The translations under genes were made by a program, and so were the position numbers. Below, piece by piece: positions 34,708 to 38,946 of a DNA stretch of 38,946 bases. This DNA is from Priapulus caudatus (Eukaryota): the NCBI RefSeq assembly GCF_000485595.1, contig NW_014577068.1:471680-510625 (forward strand). Direction: 5' to 3'. The notes beneath the pieces are model-generated. The model saw nothing but the letters and a program-made list of their open reading frames with translations. It did not search any database and was not told the origin of the DNA. The stretch's first letter is position 1, and every line of letters begins with the position of its first letter.

Positions 34708-35834
34708 GGACTAACAGGGTTTACTAGAATCCCACCACTCCACCACAGAGTCACCGCAGTAGACGTTAGATGAGCGCTGTCGCTCCGCGGCACTTGTTTT
34801 TAAACCTGCTCTGATTTTACGTAATAGTCCAAACGTTTAGCTAGTGGTTTGGTTATTAATGACACCATACTATTAAAAATATCTGATATCATGCATGGCA
34901 GTGACAAATTGATTGTCACATCCTGTATATGTTGAAAAGTAATAGGCGGTGGGGATATTTTTGCAGTGCAGATACAAGAAGGGAGATTAATTTGTATATA
35001 GTGAAATGATTTACTCATGAGGTTGTCTTGCCCGATACCATGCACGAAATAATCGCACACTTAGAGTTTCTGATTATTGCAAAGTGGGCTGCCAAGCTAC
35101 ATGTTTGAGCTTGCAGTTGTGCAATAGGGTGTGGCGTGCATACAGTAAATCTACTTGATGCCGTGCATCGTGAATTTTGTATGCCTGCCAAGCACCGTCC
35201 GCTGTTCAATTATTGAGGGGTATGGGCCATCAGCCTTAGCAAATTCTGGTTTCCATTGCCTCTACCACGTCGTAGGTAGCCTGCATGCATCTGGTTAGCA
35301 CAGGATTCATTGTGGGCAGTAGTAGCCAGGTGGACTCAGCGCAGAGGTGCATGTGTGCATCAGCCCACACGAAAAGCGGCTCGCCGTTATGTGTTTGGTG
35401 AACTGTGACATAGGCAAGCAGGCAGGCACACACGGCTCACATGCGTGTATGTAATTGGCCCACGGGGGGGGGGGGCACGGGCAGCCGCTAAAGGGAGCCA
35501 AAACACTGTTCTTGCTGTGGGGAAAGGGTGGATGACGTGGGTGATGGATGATGCCCTCTCCATAAGACAGAGAAGATGTAGCCGGAAGTGTGGGGACCTG
35601 GGCATAGAAGGCTAGATATATGGTCGATAGGGTGAGGGTTGAGTGTGGCAGAGGGGCTACGTATAGTAATAGTAGAGAGGCTGTGGGATAGAGGATGGCT
35701 GTGGTTGATAACGGGAGGGCCTGGGTACAGAAAAAGCAGGTGATGGGATGGGTGTAGCAGGAATCATGAGTGGATAACTATGCTAGAGATGGCTGGGTTT
35801 GTGAGTGTGGCTGGGAACAGGAGTGAATGTGCTG

Positions 35835-36165
35835 GTGTGTGTGTGTGCGTGCGTGCGTGCGTGGGTGTGTGTGCGTGTGCGTGTGCGTGTGCGTGTGCGT
35901 GTGTGTGTGTAGGTGTGTGTAGGTGTGTGCGCGTGTAGGTGTGTGCGCGTGTGCGCGTGTGTGTGTGTGTAGGTGTGTGTGTAGGTGCGTGCGTGTGTGC
36001 GCGCGTGTGTGTGGTGGTCGTGGTGCTGCTGCTACTGGTGGTGGTTGTGGTGCTGGTGCTGGTGTGTGTGTGGTCGTCGTGGTGCTGGTGCTGGTGTGTG
36101 TGTGGTGGTCATGATGCTGGTGCTGGTGTGTGGTGGTCGTGGTGGTGGTGGTGTGGCGGTGGCGG
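35835..36165. repeat. (GT)n/(GCGT)n/(GGT)n compound microsatellite
   Basis: Directly visible. Confidence 0.95.
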
Positions 36166-36607
36166 TGAGTGGCCAGGTGTGACAGGGAGTGGTGACCAGT
36201 GTGTTCTTGGTGCGGCCGTGTCTTGTTCCTAGCGTTTTTACAGGCAACGTGCACAGCGATACGTAGTACGTGCTGCATTATTACTGCAAAATTGCATCAC
36301 GTTTTCAGAGCTCGAATTTCCCCAATTTGATGACTAATCCGTACGGATTTGTTCCTTCACAAATGAGCAAATCCGCTCAAAATCCGCGCAATCCGCGCAA
36401 TCCGTACAGGGTAGGCTAAATTTTACTATGAAAGAAAAAATTGCATGCTGGACAAACCGTCCTGAATAAAATACCTTAAAGTTAAACATTGCTATTTTAG
36501 CGTTGGGAGCTCAGCATTTTATTGTACAGATTTGTCAGATAGTTGATTGAAATGCTGTATAATGGCTCTGCCACCACAGACTCTATATCTGCTCTGTGTA
36601 CATTTAA

Positions 36608-36678
36608 AGGGACAGTAGCCTATAGGATTTTACTGCATACAACTGTACTTACTGTATAACAAATCGTCTATACCCACA
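36608..36678 (+). mobile_element. Terminus of a second copy of the TTAA|AGGGACAGTAGCC element family
   Basis: TTAA (36604-07) then AGGGACAGTAGCCTATAGGATTTTACTGCATAC..., near-identical to the TIRs of 4806-7696; cut off by a gap. Confidence 0.9.
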
Positions 36679-37458
36679 NNNNNNNNNNNNNNNNNNNNNN
36701 NNNNNNNNNNNNNNNNNNNNNNNNNNNNNNNNNNNNNNNNNNNNNNNNNNNNNNNNNNNNNNNNNNNNNNNNNNNNNNNNNNNNNNNNNNNNNNNNNNNN
36801 NNNNNNNNNNNNNNNNNNNNNNNNNNNNNNNNNNNNNNNNNNNNNNNNNNNNNNNNNNNNNNNNNNNNNNNNNNNNNNNNNNNNNNNNNNNNNNNNNNNN
36901 NNNNNNNNNNNNNNNNNNNNNNNNNNNNNNNNNNNNNNNNNNNNNNNNNNNNNNNNNNNNNNNNNNNNNNNNNNNNNNNNNNNNNNNNNNNNNNNNNNNN
37001 NNNNNNNNNNNNNNNNNNNNNNNNNNNNNNNNNNNNNNNNNNNNNNNNNNNNNNNNNNNNNNNNNNNNNNNNNNNNNNNNNNNNNNNNNNNNNNNNNNNN
37101 NNNNNNNNNNNNNNNNNNNNNNNNNNNNNNNNNNNNNNNNNNNNNNNNNNNNNNNNNNNNNNNNNNNNNNNNNNNNNNNNNNNNNNNNNNNNNNNNNNNN
37201 NNNNNNNNNNNNNNNNNNNNNNNNNNNNNNNNNNNNNNNNNNNNNNNNNNNNNNNNNNNNNNNNNNNNNNNNNNNNNNNNNNNNNNNNNNNNNNNNNNNN
37301 NNNNNNNNNNNNNNNNNNNNNNNNNNNNNNNNNNNNNNNNNNNNNNNNNNNNNNNNNNNNNNNNNNNNNNNNNNNNNNNNNNNNNNNNNNNNNNNNNNNN
37401 NNNNNNNNNNNNNNNNNNNNNNNNNNNNNNNNNNNNNNNNNNNNNNNNNNNNNNNNNN
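36679..37458. other. Assembly gap
   Basis: Run of N. Confidence 1.

Positions 37459-37516
<58 letters not shown>
37459..37516. repeat. (GA)n microsatellite
   Basis: Directly visible. Confidence 0.98.
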
Positions 37517-37520
<4 letters not shown>

Positions 37521-37958
37521 CAATCACACAAAGGTAAACGGCGCCATTTGTCCACAACGTCACAGGTAGGCCGTTTCGATTTGGGAGGCTGTGGAAAATT
37601 CAGTGAATGTAGCATTTTAAGATAATTAAGTCATGTGCCGTGTTAAGAATAACAGATGGAAAGGTAATTGATTAGCGATGGTTTATAGGAGGGAGGTTAT
37701 GCCACTCAAGGTTGTACGTTCGTGTACTTTGTGTCGAATATATGGCAGTAAGCATTAATTATTACACAGTAAATATTAGGGCATGTAAATGGGCACAGGT
37801 GAAATTAAGTGAAGAGATCTAGAGGTTCATTATCTTCTTAAAAACTCAACTATCGACTGAAACCAGAGTCACGCACGCAGCATGGTGTAGTGGAAATGAG
37901 GGTGAACGTAGCAGGTGCAGTATTGACAGAGCAACCCGCACGCTCCCATGCTACTTAC

Positions 37959-38028
37959 CTTCGTGCTGCTGTTTCATCAGCGTCTCGTGCATAGGATTAT
38001 TAGGACGCCATTTACAATACCAGTAGCC
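37959..38028 (-). other. Candidate internal exon of an unidentified minus-strand gene
   Basis: TTCAG|...GAAG|GTAAGT; 70 nt; only one open frame, GYWYCKWRPNNPMHETLMKQQHE. Confidence 0.35.
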
Positions 38029-38048
38029 CTGAACTACACGTATATTAT

Positions 38049-38090
38049 CAGGAGTAAGATAATATAGGATCCTATATTATCTTACTCCTG
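38049..38090. mobile_element. 42-bp spacer-less palindrome with 7-bp flanking direct repeat
   Basis: CAGGAGTAAGATAATATAGGA|TCCTATATTATCTTACTCCTG, flanked by ATATTAT on both sides. Confidence 0.75.
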
Positions 38091-38715
38091 ATATTATTGA
38101 TACTTCTGTCATGGTGATGGTTGGAACCTGTAACATTATTTCTACATCAGTCCTGTCATCCACTCTTTCTCTCCCCGGCATGCTGCTGTCGTACGCATCC
38201 ACTCCTGCACATCACTCCCCCTTCTCTCGTAACTGGTCGACACCCACAAAATTTTGCTGTCAGCCCTATCATCAACAGTATTTCTGTTATCTACACACCA
38301 ACCGTATTTCCGGCCTTTCCAACTCCCAATAATTCTGTATTAGCGCGGGATTTTATGCTATAACTTTCCCGCACTATCTTCTCGGCCACACCAACCCTTT
38401 CCGCACATGTATGTGTCGATCATACACGCTGCAATCGTTCCCCATAACCTTCCTCAATATGTCTTTGCAACCAGCCACACACTAACCTCCCCTCCTGCAA
38501 GTCTTATCATCCATACCTTAGTCGCTCGCCTGAAAAGTCTTCTAACACCCCTTCCTCATACGTGTTGTCCCCCACACCTCTCCACTATCATTACTTGTCT
38601 CCCACACCCCTCCCCATAATTCCTGTCCATCTTGCCCTCCCGGCTGTAAGTCTTGCCTCCCACACACCTCTCTCAAGTTTTGTCCTGCGCAACCCCTCTA
38701 AATTATTGTTTCCCC

Positions 38716-38946
38716 CCCTCAAGTCTTGTTCCCCACACCCCTTCCCCTCAAGTCTTGTTCCCCACACCCCTCTCCCTCAAGTCTTGTCACTCATCCCCCC
38801 TCCCCCTCAAGTCTTGTTCCCCACACCCCTCTCCCTCAAGTCTTGTCACTCATCCCCCCTCCCCCTCAAGTCTTGTTCCCCACACCCCTCTCCCTCAAGT
38901 CTTGTCACTCATCCCCCCTCCCCCTCAAGTCTTGTTCCCCACACCC
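38716..38946. repeat. C-rich minisatellite, 29/30-bp monomers forming a 59-bp dimer
   Basis: CCCTCAAGTCTTGTTCCCCACACCCCTCT alternates with CCCTCAAGTCTTGTCACTCATCCCCCCTCC; GTCTTGTCAC recurs at 38781, 38840 and 38899. Confidence 0.95.

Noticed and set aside
33250..34793. Ser-rich 498-aa, Ala/Val-rich 440-aa and Thr/Ala-rich (antifreeze- or mucin-like) ORFs
   Set aside because: Translation of an AGC-based satellite plus a gap; no signal peptide or clear splice context. Kept only as a repeat.
36630..37615. ~300-aa minus-strand ORFs
   Set aside because: Mostly N gap plus (GA)n.
37952..37960. TACTTACCT resembling the U1 snRNA 5' end
   Set aside because: No U1 sequence follows; it is simply the complement of a minus-strand splice donor.

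Overview
This is eukaryotic (invertebrate-animal-like) draft-assembly DNA with GT-AG introns, microsatellites and three N gaps; no prokaryotic features, rRNA, tRNA or CRISPR were seen. Two intact housekeeping genes lie tail-to-tail. GEMIN6 is on + (2 exons, 11166-11341 and 13015-13399, 186 aa). NDUFAF7/MidA is on - (9 well-supported exons, 20159 to 14286, plus a probable first exon at 28831-28789; about 473 aa), with an in-frame 66-bp tandem duplication in one exon. The probable NDUFAF7 first exon sits next to a likely divergent promoter for an unidentified + strand transcript. The rest is dense, nested DNA-transposon debris: an RTE-like LINE fragment, a decayed hAT transposase, many MITEs with readable TIRs and 5-9 bp TSDs, and Helentron-like elements. 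The most unusual item is a 2.9-kb element (4806-7696) with TTAA|AGGGA ends that look Kolobok/T2-like, yet enclose a decayed, apparently intron-split Merlin/IS1595-type DDE transposase. Other highlights are several unrelated foldback MITEs that all carry internal telomere-like (TTAGGG)n tracts, a 4-kb nested stack of insertions in NDUFAF7 intron 1, and a 42-bp perfectly palindromic micro-element. All family assignments come from motif recognition by eye, with no database searches.
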